Shown: positions 25,709-35,548 of the stretch, in pieces | Layout: each line of letters starts with the position of its first letter | How positions within the stretch are numbered: position 1 is the first letter of the stretch | Made by a program: the position numbers and the translations under genes | Source: an uncultured Hyphomicrobiales bacterium | Lineage (GTDB): Bacteria; Pseudomonadota; Alphaproteobacteria; Rhodospirillales; 2-12-FULL-67-15 | Direction of reading: 5' to 3' | DNA length: 64,000 nt | Assembly (NCBI GenBank): GCA_964412955.1 | Contig: CAYPQV010000014.1 | Coordinates: forward strand, 20,014-84,013 | Notes under the pieces: generated by a model | Databases searched by the model: none | What the model was told of the DNA's origin: nothing | Seen by the model: the letters and a program-made list of their open reading frames with translations, nothing else

Positions 25709-28405
25709 TCAGGCCTGGAGATCGAGCGTCACTTCGACCACGCCTTCTTCCGGGATCAGGCGTTGGGCGAAGCCGAGGTTGCGGGCCAGTTCCCGCATCT
25801 TGACGTTTTCGGTCATTACCTGGCCGATGATGGCGCGCGTGCCGCGCGCGCGGCAATAGGCGATCATCTTTTCCAGCAGGCGATGGCCAAGCCCCTGGCC
25901 GCCGAGGTCGGAGCGCACCACGATCGCGAATTCGGCGCGCTGGTTGTCGGGATCGGTCGCGGTTCGGACGACGCCGAGGGTTTCGCGCCCGCCGCCGTCG
26001 CGGTCGGCCGAGGCGATGAACGCCATTTCGCGGTCGTAGTCGATCTGGGTGAAGCGCGCCATTTCCGTGTGCGGCAACTGGCGGACCAGGCCGAAGAAGC
26101 GGAAGCGGATATCCTCGGGGCTGAGCTTGGCGATGAATTCGTAATGCTCGGGTTCGTCCTCGGGGCGGATCGGGCGCAGCAGCGCGCGCCGCCCGGACGC
26201 CAGCGTGAAGGTTTCCTCCAATTCGCGCGGGTAGGGGCGGATGCTGAGGCGGCTCGCGCCGTCGCCCTCGACCGCGCGCACGCGGATGCGCGCGTCGAGC
26301 GCGAGCACCCCGTTCGCGTCCGCCAGCAGGGGGTTGATGTCCATCTCGACGATCTCGGGAATATCGACGGTCATCTGCGCGACGCGCATCAGGGCGAGTC
26401 CGAGAGCCTCGGCATCGGCCGGCGCCCGTCCGCGCCCGCCGCGCAAAAGCCTCGCCACGCGCGTGCGGCCGATCAGTTCCCGGGCCAGAGTCATGTTGAG
26501 CGGCGGCAGCGCGACCGCCCGGTCGGCGATCGCCTCGACGGCGGTGCCGCCCTGGCCGAACAGCACCACCGGCCCGAAAATCGGATCGGAAGCGATGCCG
26601 ACGATCAATTCGTGCGCCCCGGGCCGGGCCGCCATCGGCTGCACGGTGAAGCCGACGACGCGCGCCTCGGGCGCGCGGGCGGCGACGAGGCGCAGCATGC
26701 GCTTCGCCGCCGCTTCCACGGTCGGCTCCGAATCGAGGAATAGATCGACGCCGCCGACGTCGGATTTGTGGCTGATGCCCTCGGCCAAAATCTTGAGGGC
26801 AACCGGAAAGCCGATGGCGCGCGCCTTGAGGGCGGCCTCGGCCGGCGTGCGCGCGATGTGGGTTTCGACCGTCGGGATGCCGTAGGCCGCGAGCACCGCC
26901 TTCGATTGCGGCTCGTCGAGCATGATCCCGTCGGCGGTCGCGGGCGCGCGGGTCAGGGTTTCCTCGACCATCAGCCGGGCGGCGGTCGCGGAGACGGTGA
27001 ATTCGGACGGCACCGACGGCGGCGTTTCCATCAGCATTTCCTGGTTGCGCCGGTAACGGTCGAGATGGAGGAAGGCGCGCACCGCCGCCTCGGGCGTGTC
27101 GAACGTCGGAATCCCCTCGCGCGCGAACAACGCCCGCGCCGGAGCGACCGTGTCGCCGCCGACCCAGTTGGTGAGCACCGTGGTTTTTTCGGCGCGGAAG
27201 ACCTCGGCCACGGCGCGGGCGGCCTCGGTCGAGTCGGCGACCGCAGTCGGCGCGTGCATGACCAGCAGGGCGTCGGTTTCCGGGGCGCGGGCGAGAATGC
27301 GGGCGGCCTGCGCGTAGCGCGCGCCGTTCGCGTCGCCGACGATGTCCACCGGGTTGCCGTGCGACCAGGTGGCGGGCAGGACGGCGTCGAGCGCGGCGAC
27401 GGTCTCGGGCGCGAGCGCGGCCAGCCGTCCGCCGTCCTCGATCAGACGGTCCACCGCCATCACCCCGATGCCGCCGCCGTTGGTGAGAACGGCGAGGCGG
27501 TTGCCGCCCGGACGGCGGACGCGGGCGAGCGTCTCGACGGCGGCGAACAGCTCCTCGACGCTGAACACGCGCAGCATGCCGGCCCGCCGTATGGCAGCGT
27601 CGTAGACGTCGTCCGATCCGGCCAGCGCGCCGGTGTGGGAGCGGGCCGCGCGCATGCCGTCGGCGAAGCGGCCGGCCTTGACCGCCACCACCGGCTTGTT
27701 GCGCGCCGCCGCGCGCGCCGCCGACATGAAATTGCGCCGCGCGCCGATCGATTCGATGTAGAGCAGGATGGCGCGGGTGTGGGGGTCGCTGCCGAGAATG
27801 TCGAGCATGTCGCCGAAGCCGACGTCCGCGCCGTCGCCCAGCGAGACGAAGCAGGAAAACCCGATGCCGCGCGCGCGCGCCCAATCGAGCACGGCGGTGC
27901 CGAGCGCGCCCGATTGCGACACGAACGCGATGTCTCCGGGAAGCGCGGAGATATGCGCGAAGCTGGCGTTCAGCCCGATGCGCGGCACGATCGCGCCGAG
28001 GCAGTTGGGCCCGAGCAAGCGGACGCCGTAGCGTTTGGCCGCGGCCAGCATCGTCACCTGGGCATTGGCGCCGTCGATGAGAGTGGTTTGCGCTAGGCCG
28101 GCGGTGACGACGATGGCGGCGCGAGTACCCTTGGCGCCGAGGGCCTCGATCACGCCCGGCACGTTCGTGGGGGGCGTGCAGACAACGGCCAGGTCCGGCG
28201 TTTCGGGCAGGTCGGCCACGTCCGGATAGGCGAGCACTCCGGCGACCGCCTTGCGCTTGGGGTTGACCGGCAGGATCGGTCCCGTGAATCCGCCCGCGAG
28301 CAGGTTGTGCAGGATCACGTGGCCGACGGTGCCGTCGTCGGCGGATGCGCCGATCACGGCGACGGAGCGGGGTGAAAACAGCCGATCGAGGGCGCGAAGA
28401 GACAT
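25709..28405 (-). CDS. Bifunctional acyl-CoA synthetase (NDP-forming)-like / GNAT acetyltransferase (Pat/PatZ-type protein acetyltransferase)
   Basis: N-terminal CoA-binding region 'VAVIGAS', succinyl-CoA-ligase-like and ATP-grasp regions, and a C-terminal GNAT domain 'GQGLGHRLLEKMIAYCRARG'. Confidence 0.85.
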   Translation of the reverse strand: MSLRALDRLFSPRSVAVIGASADDGTVGHVILHNLLAGGFTGPILPVNPKRKAVAGVLAYPDVADLPETPDLAVVCTPPTNVPGVIEALGAKGTRAAIVVTAGLAQTTLIDGANAQVTMLAAAKRYGVRLLGPNCLGAIVPRIGLNASFAHISALPGDIAFVSQSGALGTAVLDWARARGIGFSCFVSLGDGADVGFGDMLDILGSDPHTRAILLYIESIGARRNFMSAARAAARNKPVVAVKAGRFADGMRAARSHTGALAGSDDVYDAAIRRAGMLRVFSVEELFAAVETLARVRRPGGNRLAVLTNGGGIGVMAVDRLIEDGGRLAALAPETVAALDAVLPATWSHGNPVDIVGDANGARYAQAARILARAPETDALLVMHAPTAVADSTEAARAVAEVFRAEKTTVLTNWVGGDTVAPARALFAREGIPTFDTPEAAVRAFLHLDRYRRNQEMLMETPPSVPSEFTVSATAARLMVEETLTRAPATADGIMLDEPQSKAVLAAYGIPTVETHIARTPAEAALKARAIGFPVALKILAEGISHKSDVGGVDLFLDSEPTVEAAAKRMLRLVAARAPEARVVGFTVQPMAARPGAHELIVGIASDPIFGPVVLFGQGGTAVEAIADRAVALPPLNMTLARELIGRTRVARLLRGGRGRAPADAEALGLALMRVAQMTVDIPEIVEMDINPLLADANGVLALDARIRVRAVEGDGASRLSIRPYPRELEETFTLASGRRALLRPIRPEDEPEHYEFIAKLSPEDIRFRFFGLVRQLPHTEMARFTQIDYDREMAFIASADRDGGGRETLGVVRTATDPDNQRAEFAIVVRSDLGGQGLGHRLLEKMIAYCRARGTRAIIGQVMTENVKMRELARNLGFAQRLIPEEGVVEVTLDLQA

Positions 28406-28460
28406 AGGAGGATCCGGTTGGTTTGTTCTCGCCCGTGCCCTCCCCGCGCGGGCTCGGCGG

Positions 28461-30905
28461 CTATTTCGACTTCATCACAAAGACGCCGTCCCATTTCTCG
28501 GGCGGCTCGGCCTTGAGGTGTTCGCAGCGCTCGATGTAGATCTTGGAGAGCTTATCTTCGGAATTGGCCTTCAGCGCTTCCTGGAAGCCGGCGATGGCCT
28601 TATCCCAACTGCCCGCGCGGTAGTGCTTGATGCCGGCGCGGAACTGGTTGATCACGTCCATCATGTTGGGGAAGCTGTCGTCGGTGTGATAATCGAGCAC
28701 TTCGTGAACCGCGACCGGCTGGGTCTTGCCCTTGACCACCACCAGGTCCACCTCGCGCGTGCGATAGGTACCCTTCAGCTTCTTGTAGGTGTTCTCGCTG
28801 ATCAGGACGTGGGCGGCGTACTGCTTGCAGGCGCTTTCCAGCCGCGAGGCGAGATTCACCCCGTCGCCGATCACGGTGTAGTCCATGCGCTTGGGCGAGC
28901 CGATGTTGCCGGAAACCACGGTGTCGGTGTTGAGCCCGATGCCCATGTCGATGGTGAGCAGCCCCTTGGTCGCGCGGTCGGCGTTCCAGGCGTTCATCTC
29001 GCGCATCATCGAGATCGCCGCGCGCACGGCGCGGTCTTCGTCGTCCTCGTGCGGAACCGGCAGGCCGAATTCGGCCATGATCGCGTCGCCGATGAACTTG
29101 TCCAGCATGCCGCCTTCGCGGGTGATGCAGTCGACCATGATCGTGAAATACTCGTTGAGGACCGAGACGATGCCTTGCGGCCCGAGGTTTTCCGAGAGCG
29201 TGGTGAACCCGCGCACATCCGAGAACAGGATAGTCGCCGGCACGCTGCGGCCGCCGAGCGCCTCGGCGCCGCTCGCCAGTAACTGGTCGGCGAGACCCGG
29301 GTCCATGTAGCGGGCCATGGTCGACTTCATCCGTTTTTCCGAACTGATGTCTTCGATCATGACCATCGAGCCGAGCTTCTTGTTTTCCGCGCTGATCAGG
29401 GGCTGGATGGTGACGTTGACCGAGCGCTTGTCGCCGCCGCAGGTCAGCTCGGCGTCCATGGCGATTTCGCCGGCCTGGGATTCCTCGACCTTGGCGATTT
29501 TATCCAGCAGCCAGGCGTTATCGCCGGCGAAATAATCCGCGGCCTTCTTGCCGACCACGTCCTTGGCGGCGGCGCGCAGGATGCGCGACGCGGCGGCGTT
29601 GCAGGTGACGATCGCGCTGTCCTCGTTGAGGGTGATGACGCCGTTCGACATGCTTTGTAGCATGGACTCGTTGTAGTTCTTCATGTTCTGGACGTCGGCG
29701 AAGAGCTTGGCGTTCTCCAGGCCGATGGAAATCTGCGCGGTGAAGGCGCGCAGGCGCTGCTCGTCCTCGTCGGTGAACGGACCGCCCTTCTTGTTGAGAA
29801 CCTGGGTGACCCCGATCACCTTGCCCTGCTTGTTGATCACCGGCACGCACAGGATCGAACGGGTGAAGAAGCCGGTCTTTTTGTCGAAGCCGGGATTGAA
29901 GCGCAGGTCGGCGTAGGCGTGCGGGATGTTGACCGACTTGCCGCTGGTGAACACCGCGCCGGCGATGCCGAGGTGGTTGGGGAAGCGAATTTGGGTGGCG
30001 CCCAGGCCTTCACCGACCTGGGACCACAGTTCGTTGGTCTTGTCATCGTTCAGGAACAGGGTCGAACGATCGGCCTGCAGCATCTTGGTGGCTTCGCCCA
30101 TCACCTTCTTCAGCAGGGAACCGAGATCGATGTCCGACGTGACGTCGGCCACGACGTCGAGGAACTCCATCTCTTTTTCCCGGTTCTTCTTCATCCGCTC
30201 GATGAACTGGGAGCTTTGCAGGGCGACGGTTGCTTGCGACGTCATCGCCTCGAGCACGCGCAAGTCCTCCTCGACGAAAGCCCCGTCTTTCTTGTTCAGG
30301 CATTGGGCGACGCCGATGATCTCGCCCTTCACCGTCTTGACCGGCACCGCGATGATGTTGCGGGTGACAAAGCCGGTCTGCTGGTCGACCTGGCGGTTGA
30401 AGTGCGGATTGCTGTAGGGGTCGTCGACGATCAGGCTTTCGCCGGTCTGGAAAACGTGACCGGCGATGCCCTGGCTGTTGAGGAAGCGGATTTCGCGCCG
30501 GAAATTTCCCTGGGCGAAGCGGGAATAGAGCTCGCCGGTCTGCGCGTCGTTGAGAAACAGGGTGGCGCGCTCGGCGCCCAGTTCCCACGACGTCATTTCC
30601 ATGACCGTCTCGATGATCTCGTCGAGCGAATCGATCGCCGCCACCTTGCGCGACAGCGCGAGCAGCATCTCGGCGTTCTGAAGGCGGCGCCGCTCCTCGA
30701 CGGTGACCGCGCCCGCGCCGTTCGCGGCCGGCGGGGACGGTTCCTTCGCCGTGCGCGGCACGGCGGCGACGACCCGGCCGGACGGCGGACGGTTCGGATC
30801 GGCGGACTTCAGGCGCGCGCCGGAACGGTCGGATTTCGCCGACGCGGCGCTTGCGGCGCCGGACCCGGCGGAGGCGGACTGCGGCGGGGCCTTGCCGTCG
30901 TTCAT
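28461..30905 (-). CDS. GAF-GAF-PAS sensor adenylate/guanylate cyclase (class III)
   Basis: Cyclase core 'ILFSDVRGFTTLSE', 'FIGDAIMAEFG' and 'GDGVNLASRLES'. Two GAF-like blocks and one PAS-like block lie upstream. Confidence 0.85.
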   Translation of the reverse strand: MNDGKAPPQSASAGSGAASAASAKSDRSGARLKSADPNRPPSGRVVAAVPRTAKEPSPPAANGAGAVTVEERRRLQNAEMLLALSRKVAAIDSLDEIIETVMEMTSWELGAERATLFLNDAQTGELYSRFAQGNFRREIRFLNSQGIAGHVFQTGESLIVDDPYSNPHFNRQVDQQTGFVTRNIIAVPVKTVKGEIIGVAQCLNKKDGAFVEEDLRVLEAMTSQATVALQSSQFIERMKKNREKEMEFLDVVADVTSDIDLGSLLKKVMGEATKMLQADRSTLFLNDDKTNELWSQVGEGLGATQIRFPNHLGIAGAVFTSGKSVNIPHAYADLRFNPGFDKKTGFFTRSILCVPVINKQGKVIGVTQVLNKKGGPFTDEDEQRLRAFTAQISIGLENAKLFADVQNMKNYNESMLQSMSNGVITLNEDSAIVTCNAAASRILRAAAKDVVGKKAADYFAGDNAWLLDKIAKVEESQAGEIAMDAELTCGGDKRSVNVTIQPLISAENKKLGSMVMIEDISSEKRMKSTMARYMDPGLADQLLASGAEALGGRSVPATILFSDVRGFTTLSENLGPQGIVSVLNEYFTIMVDCITREGGMLDKFIGDAIMAEFGLPVPHEDDEDRAVRAAISMMREMNAWNADRATKGLLTIDMGIGLNTDTVVSGNIGSPKRMDYTVIGDGVNLASRLESACKQYAAHVLISENTYKKLKGTYRTREVDLVVVKGKTQPVAVHEVLDYHTDDSFPNMMDVINQFRAGIKHYRAGSWDKAIAGFQEALKANSEDKLSKIYIERCEHLKAEPPEKWDGVFVMKSK

Positions 30906-30908
30906 GCG

Positions 30909-31454
30909 TCAGGTTCCCGGGGCGTGTTCGAGCTTGAGGGCGCGCGAGGGATCGCTTTTGCCGGTGCGCGCGGCGATGCCGGAGCGCTGGGCGCTTTCGA
31001 GCCGGTCGCGCAAATCCTGGATGGCGGCGCGCAGTTGCTTGATTTCGTCGTGCGCCTCGCGCTGCGATTGCTGGATGCGCTGGTCGGCGTCGTAGCGCAC
31101 GTTGTCCATCTGGTCGCGCAGCGCCTGGGCGGCGCCCTTGAGTTGCGCGATTTCGTCGGCGGTATTCCGTATCGCGGCCTGCACGGCGTCGTCCTTGCCG
31201 GCGTTCACCGAGTCCACCTGATCGCGCATGGCGGCCACGGTGGCGCGAAGCTGGGCGATTTCGTCGTTGGCGACGGCCACGGCCGTTTGCACCGCCTGGT
31301 CGCGGGCATATCGTTCGCTTTCGAGGGATTCGCGCAGCGCGGCGATCGTGCCCTTGAGATGGCGGATTTCCGTTTCCGCCGCGCGCAGGGCGTCCTGGGC
31401 GGCGTCGCTGCTCCCGTTGCTCGCGTTGCTGGCGCGGGGGCCGTTGACCGGCAT
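30909..31454 (-). CDS. Coiled-coil repeat protein (four ~30-aa 'DEIxQLR...LRDxxD' repeats)
   Basis: Repeats are TEIRHLKGTIAALRESLES, DEIAQLRATVAAMRDQVDS, DEIAQLKGAAQALRDQMDN and DEIKQLRAAIQDLRDRLES. The stop lies 3 nt before the cyclase start. Confidence 0.65.
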   Translation of the reverse strand: MPVNGPRASNASNGSSDAAQDALRAAETEIRHLKGTIAALRESLESERYARDQAVQTAVAVANDEIAQLRATVAAMRDQVDSVNAGKDDAVQAAIRNTADEIAQLKGAAQALRDQMDNVRYDADQRIQQSQREAHDEIKQLRAAIQDLRDRLESAQRSGIAARTGKSDPSRALKLEHAPGT

Positions 31455-31542
31455 ATGGGACTTTCCTCAAGACCTTTCGTGCCGGAAGGATAACTCGTCT
31501 CCGCGGGCTTCGCCATATGGCCGAGCCGCGAAAAACCGCCGC

Positions 31543-32253
31543 CTACCAATCGCCCTTGGGACACAGGCGGCGTTCGTTGGCGTAGGCCTCGGCCGTGTCC
31601 AGGGCGGCATTTTCCCGTTCCACCTCCCGGCGCATGGCGTCGAAGATCCTCGACAGGTCGTCGTGCAGCATCTTGCGCAGCCGTTCGGCCCCTTGTTTGG
31701 GATCGGAGACCCGCACCATGGGCAGGGTCGGCACCGCCTCCCGCAGCCGCCGCTCGATCAACGGCCCGTAGCGATCGATGGCGGCGCGATGGATGGCGAT
31801 GTGCTTTTCCTCGTGGTCGCGCACGACCCGGAACGGGCACGATCCCTGGCGGTATTCGCGCGTGACGTAGGCATCGAGCCGGGAGGAACCGAATTTCACG
31901 TCGGCCGCGATCAGGCGGGCGCAAAACTCCTGCGTGCCGGAATTCGCCCGGCGCAGCGGCACGGCGTCGACGCGAACGTCCACGGCCAGGACAGTGGTCG
32001 CGAGCGTGAGGCCGATCGACTGCCAGTTCGGGCCGGCGGCGGCGACCTTGCCGCCCGATCGCGCGCGCAAGATACGGATTTGGTCGCGGGTCTTGTCGTG
32101 GTGCCAATTGACGGTGGCCGGTTGAAGGCTGAAGGCGACGTCGGGGGCATTGAAGGGGCCCCGCCGCGAGCATTCGTTGGCGGTCGCCGTCATCGGTGTC
32201 GCCAATGCCAGCGTAAAAACGAGCCCGGACCGTAAATGCTTGATCGCGATCAT
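31543..32253 (-). CDS. Exported putative Zn-metallopeptidase (HExxH; DUF922-like)
   Basis: Signal peptide 'MIAIKHLRSGLVFTLALATPMTATA' and 'HEEKH' motif. The family assignment is from memory only. Confidence 0.5.
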   Translation of the reverse strand: MIAIKHLRSGLVFTLALATPMTATANECSRRGPFNAPDVAFSLQPATVNWHHDKTRDQIRILRARSGGKVAAAGPNWQSIGLTLATTVLAVDVRVDAVPLRRANSGTQEFCARLIAADVKFGSSRLDAYVTREYRQGSCPFRVVRDHEEKHIAIHRAAIDRYGPLIERRLREAVPTLPMVRVSDPKQGAERLRKMLHDDLSRIFDAMRREVERENAALDTAEAYANERRLCPKGDW

Positions 32254-32339
32254 GGTACGGGCATTATTATAGAAGAATAATAACGGGCGTGCTCGCGTCT
32301 CTTGCCGGGCGGCCTGTCGAACCAAGGAGGGACGCGCGT

Positions 32340-33035
32340 ATGAGCGGGCAGGACATCAAGCTGAAGGCCAAGGACGGCGGCAGCTTCACGGGCTATCTCG
32401 CCAAACCCGGATCCGGCCACGGGCCGGGCGTGGTGGTCATCCAGGAAATTTTCGGCGTCAACGCGGTCATGCGCGGCATCACCGACCGGTTCGCCGAGAA
32501 CGGGTACGTGGCGCTGTGCCCCGATCTCTTCTGGCGCCAGGAACCGGGCATCCAACTGACCGACCGGACCGACGCGGAATGGGCGCGCGCGTTCGAGTTG
32601 TTCCAGGGGTTCGATCTGGACAAGGGAGTCGCCGATCTCGACGCGACCATCGAAACCTTGCGGAAAATGCCGGCCTGCTCGGGCAAGGTCGGCACGGTCG
32701 GTTTCTGCCTCGGCGGGCGGCTCGCCTACCTGACCGCGACCCGCACCAGGACCAATGCCGCCGTCGGCTACTACGGCGTCTACCTCACCGAACACCTCAA
32801 TGAAATCATCCGTTGCCCGCTCATGCTGCACGTCGCGGGGGCGGACGAATTCGTCCCGGCCGAGGCGCAGAAGCAGATCCATGCCGCCCTCGACCGGCAC
32901 GCCAAGGTCACGCTGCACGACTATCCCGGCCTCGGTCACGCTTTCGCGCGCGAAGGCGGCAAGCATTGGGACGCGCAGGCGGCCAAGACGGCGAACGCCC
33001 GCACGTTGACGTTTTTCGGGAAGCACCTTGCCTGA
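32340..33035 (+). CDS. Dienelactone hydrolase family protein (carboxymethylenebutenolidase-like)
   Basis: 'VVVIQEIFGV', nucleophile elbow 'GFCLGG' and 'GLGHAF'. Confidence 0.85.
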   Translation: MSGQDIKLKAKDGGSFTGYLAKPGSGHGPGVVVIQEIFGVNAVMRGITDRFAENGYVALCPDLFWRQEPGIQLTDRTDAEWARAFELFQGFDLDKGVADLDATIETLRKMPACSGKVGTVGFCLGGRLAYLTATRTRTNAAVGYYGVYLTEHLNEIIRCPLMLHVAGADEFVPAEAQKQIHAALDRHAKVTLHDYPGLGHAFAREGGKHWDAQAAKTANARTLTFFGKHLA

Positions 33036-33038
33036 ATC

Positions 33039-33533
33039 ATGGTTCTCTTTCGGGTCGGCGTCGGACTTTTCGGCCTGTGGCTCGCGCTGGCTTTGCCGGC
33101 GGCGGCCGAGGAACTGTCGGGCCGCGCGCGGGTCGTCGATTCCAACACGATCGAGATCGCCGGTCGCCGCGTGCGCTTGATCGGGGTCGATGCGCCCGAT
33201 CTCGATCAGACCTGTCCGACGCGCAAGGGCGAAACGTATCCGTGCGGCCGGGTGGCGGCGCGAACGCTGGCTGCGATCGTGAAGGACGGGCGGCTCGACT
33301 GCCGGGGCGAGCGGACCGACCCCGCCGGACGGCTTCTGGCGCGTTGCGCCATTCGCGGCTTCGACGTGGGCGGGCAATATATCCTCGCCGGGCGTGCCTT
33401 CGCCGATCCCGAGAGCGGCGGCGATTACCGCCGCGCCGAGGCCACGGCGGAAATGCTGCGCGAAGGCATGTGGCGGGGCGAGTTCCAGAAGCCGTGGGAA
33501 TGGCGCGCGGCGCGGGCCAAAGCGGCGCAATAA
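33039..33533 (+). CDS. Secreted thermonuclease (SNase)-family nuclease
   Basis: Signal peptide, then 'VVDSNTIEIAGRRVRLIGVDAPD' and 'YRRAEATAEMLREGMW', typical of staphylococcal-nuclease homologues. Confidence 0.75.
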   Translation: MVLFRVGVGLFGLWLALALPAAAEELSGRARVVDSNTIEIAGRRVRLIGVDAPDLDQTCPTRKGETYPCGRVAARTLAAIVKDGRLDCRGERTDPAGRLLARCAIRGFDVGGQYILAGRAFADPESGGDYRRAEATAEMLREGMWRGEFQKPWEWRAARAKAAQ

Positions 33534-33549
33534 CGTCGCCGGCGCAAGC

Positions 33550-33577
33550 AAAAAAAACGGAGCGGCTCGCCGCTCCG
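33550..33577 (-). terminator. Rho-independent terminator (minus-strand reading) after the SPW-repeat gene
   Basis: On the minus strand: CGGAGCGG-CGAG-CCGCTCCG followed by TTTTTTTT. Confidence 0.65.
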
Positions 33578-33632
33578 GACGATGAGTTTTACGTGACGTT
33601 CTTGTCGTCGTTACCGCCGTGATCGGCGGCGT

Positions 33633-34025
33633 TCACGTCCCGGCGTGACCGGGATGATGCACGCTCCAGGTCGTCCACCCGGCGAGACCGACGATCAGCG
33701 CGCCGGTAAAGACGAAGCTCCATGTGGCGGAGTAAAGGGCCTCGACCTCGACCGCGAAAGTCGTGACGGCGAAGTCGAGAATCCACGGCGAGACGATCAG
33801 CCAAAGGCCGAGGACGATGTTGACCCATTCCTCCCACTCGTGGAACGCGACCAAAGCCGCCGCCGCGGCGACGGCGATGGTGACGCCGAAAACGTACGCA
33901 TTCCACACCGCGTTCGGGGTGTCCGTGAATCCGATCGCCCACGGCGAAGCGATCAGCCAAAGGCCGAGGAGCAGGTTGCCGACGTCCTGCCACTGGCGCT
34001 TCGCGGTTTGCAACAACGCGTCCAT
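33633..34025 (-). CDS. SPW-repeat membrane protein
   Basis: Duplicated motif 'LLGLWLIASPW' / 'VLGLWLIVSPW'. AGGAGGAG Shine-Dalgarno before the ATG at 34025. Confidence 0.75.
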   Translation of the reverse strand: MDALLQTAKRQWQDVGNLLLGLWLIASPWAIGFTDTPNAVWNAYVFGVTIAVAAAAALVAFHEWEEWVNIVLGLWLIVSPWILDFAVTTFAVEVEALYSATWSFVFTGALIVGLAGWTTWSVHHPGHAGT

Positions 34026-34265
34026 TGCAGCATCTCCTCCTTGCGAGTCGAAGTGTCCGGAGCGCACGGCTGGAAGGAGGCGCCAGACCCGGCCCACTCC
34101 CGCGGCCGGCACTGCCGTTACCCCATCAATTAATGGGCCGGGACGCGTGTGCAAGGGCGGGGGAACGCCGCGGAAATGGCCGGGATTTCAGGACCCGCCG
34201 GCGCGGACCGGCGAAAGAGCCCGCCCCTCGGGATGTCCGGGGGCGGGCTTTCGCGTCGATTGAAA

Positions 34266-34341
34266 TGGCTCCGGCGGTAGGACTCGAACCTACGACCCAG
34301 CGGTTAACAGCCGCTTGCTCTACCGACTGAGCTACGCCGGA
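34266..34341 (-). tRNA. tRNA-Asn (GTT)
   Basis: The reverse complement folds as a cloverleaf: acceptor TCCGGCG/CGCCGGA, D stem GCTC/GAGC, anticodon stem AGCGG/CCGCT with loop CTGTTAA, T stem GTAGG/CCTAC, and CCA end. Confidence 0.95.
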
Positions 34342-34369
34342 ATATGGCGATAAAATATCACAACAGCAT

Positions 34370-34443
34370 TGGAGGCGCGGGCCGGAATCGAACCGGCATA
34401 CAAGGATTTGCAATCCTCTGCATCACCACTCTGCCACCGCGCC
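34370..34443 (-). tRNA. tRNA-Cys (GCA)
   Basis: In the reverse complement: acceptor GGCGCGG/CCGCGCC, anticodon loop TTGCAAA, T stem GCCGG/CCGGC, and CCA end. Confidence 0.95.
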
Positions 34444-34626
34444 GAAACCCGGACCCTTTTATATGGGCCCCGCGCGAGGGTGGGGACCTTAGAGGCCCCC
34501 CCGACCCCCGTCAAGGCGGGGCCGCGCCGCGCGGCCCGCGCCGTTCCGTTGAGTTTTCGGCCCTCTCCCGCTAGCCTGTCGCCACCGCGCACGTCCGCTG
34601 AACTCCGCTCAACATGGACCGCTCCG

Positions 34627-35292
34627 ATGGATTTTGCGACCCTCCGGCACAACATGATCGAAGGCCAGGTTCGCCCCAACCGGGTCACGGACGAACGTAT
34701 CATCGAGGCGATGGGCGCCCTCCCGCGCGAGTTGTTCGTGCCCAAGGCCCGGCGTGCGCTCGCCTATGCCGACGAGGCGGTGGAGATCGCCCCCGGCCGA
34801 TATCTGATGGAGCCGATGCTCGCCGCGCGCCTGGTCGAGATCGCCGCGATCCGGCCGACCGATGCCGTCTTGCTGATCGGCGCCGGCAACGGCTATCTGG
34901 CGGCGGTACTGGCGCGGCTTGCGCCGGCGGTGGTCGCGCTGGAGAGCGACCCCAAGCTCGCCAAGGAAGCCGGACAGCGGTTGAGCGAAGTCGGCGCCGA
35001 CACGGTGACCGTGATCTCGGGGCCGTTGGGCGCCGGCTATCCGCGCCAGGCGCCTTACGACGTGATCGTTTTCGACGGCGCGGTCGAGGACATTCCGCAA
35101 CCGATACTCGCCCAGCTCGCCGACGGCGGGCGCCTGGTGGCGGTCTTCGCCCACGCCGGACCCGGTACCCTGCGAGGCGGCAAGGCGGTGGTGGTGACGC
35201 GGGTGGGGGATGCTTTTGCGCGCCGCGAGGCGTTCGACGGCGGCACGCCCGTGCTCGCGGAATTCGCGCGCAAGCCCGCGTTCGTTTTCTGA
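34627..35292 (+). CDS. pcm: Protein-L-isoaspartate O-methyltransferase
   Basis: 'MIEGQVRPNRV' N-terminus, AdoMet motif 'LLIGAGNGYLAAVLA' and 'YDVIVFDGAV'. Confidence 0.85.
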   Translation: MDFATLRHNMIEGQVRPNRVTDERIIEAMGALPRELFVPKARRALAYADEAVEIAPGRYLMEPMLAARLVEIAAIRPTDAVLLIGAGNGYLAAVLARLAPAVVALESDPKLAKEAGQRLSEVGADTVTVISGPLGAGYPRQAPYDVIVFDGAVEDIPQPILAQLADGGRLVAVFAHAGPGTLRGGKAVVVTRVGDAFARREAFDGGTPVLAEFARKPAFVF

Positions 35293-35548
35293 CGTCTTCC
35301 GCGGACGATTCGGCCGATTTCCGGGCGGATTCTCGAAACCGGCGCCCCGTCGGACGGTTAACAACCTGAATAAAATGAGCTTTTTCAGGGCATTGACCGC
35401 CGATGGGGGTTTCTGGTCCTTTTGTTAACCAAGGTGAAGTTGAATGATTCCCTCGAAACCACAAGGTGTTGTGGCAGAAGGGGATCGAACCGAGCCGATC
35501 GCTTCGAGCCTCCGGCCAAGGCGGGCTATTACGTTGGCGAAATTCGCG

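Noticed and set aside
25658-27884. 730-aa minus-strand and 361/442-aa plus-strand ORFs overlapping the Pat-like gene
   Set aside because: These are alternative or antisense frames of the 898-aa CoA-ligase/GNAT gene, which has clear domain motifs. The alternatives are low-complexity Arg/Gly/Pro strings.
34369-34626. N-terminal extension of the pcm ORF
   Set aside because: The extension runs across the tRNA-Cys gene region and lacks similarity to Pcm. The conserved N-terminus begins at ATG 34627.
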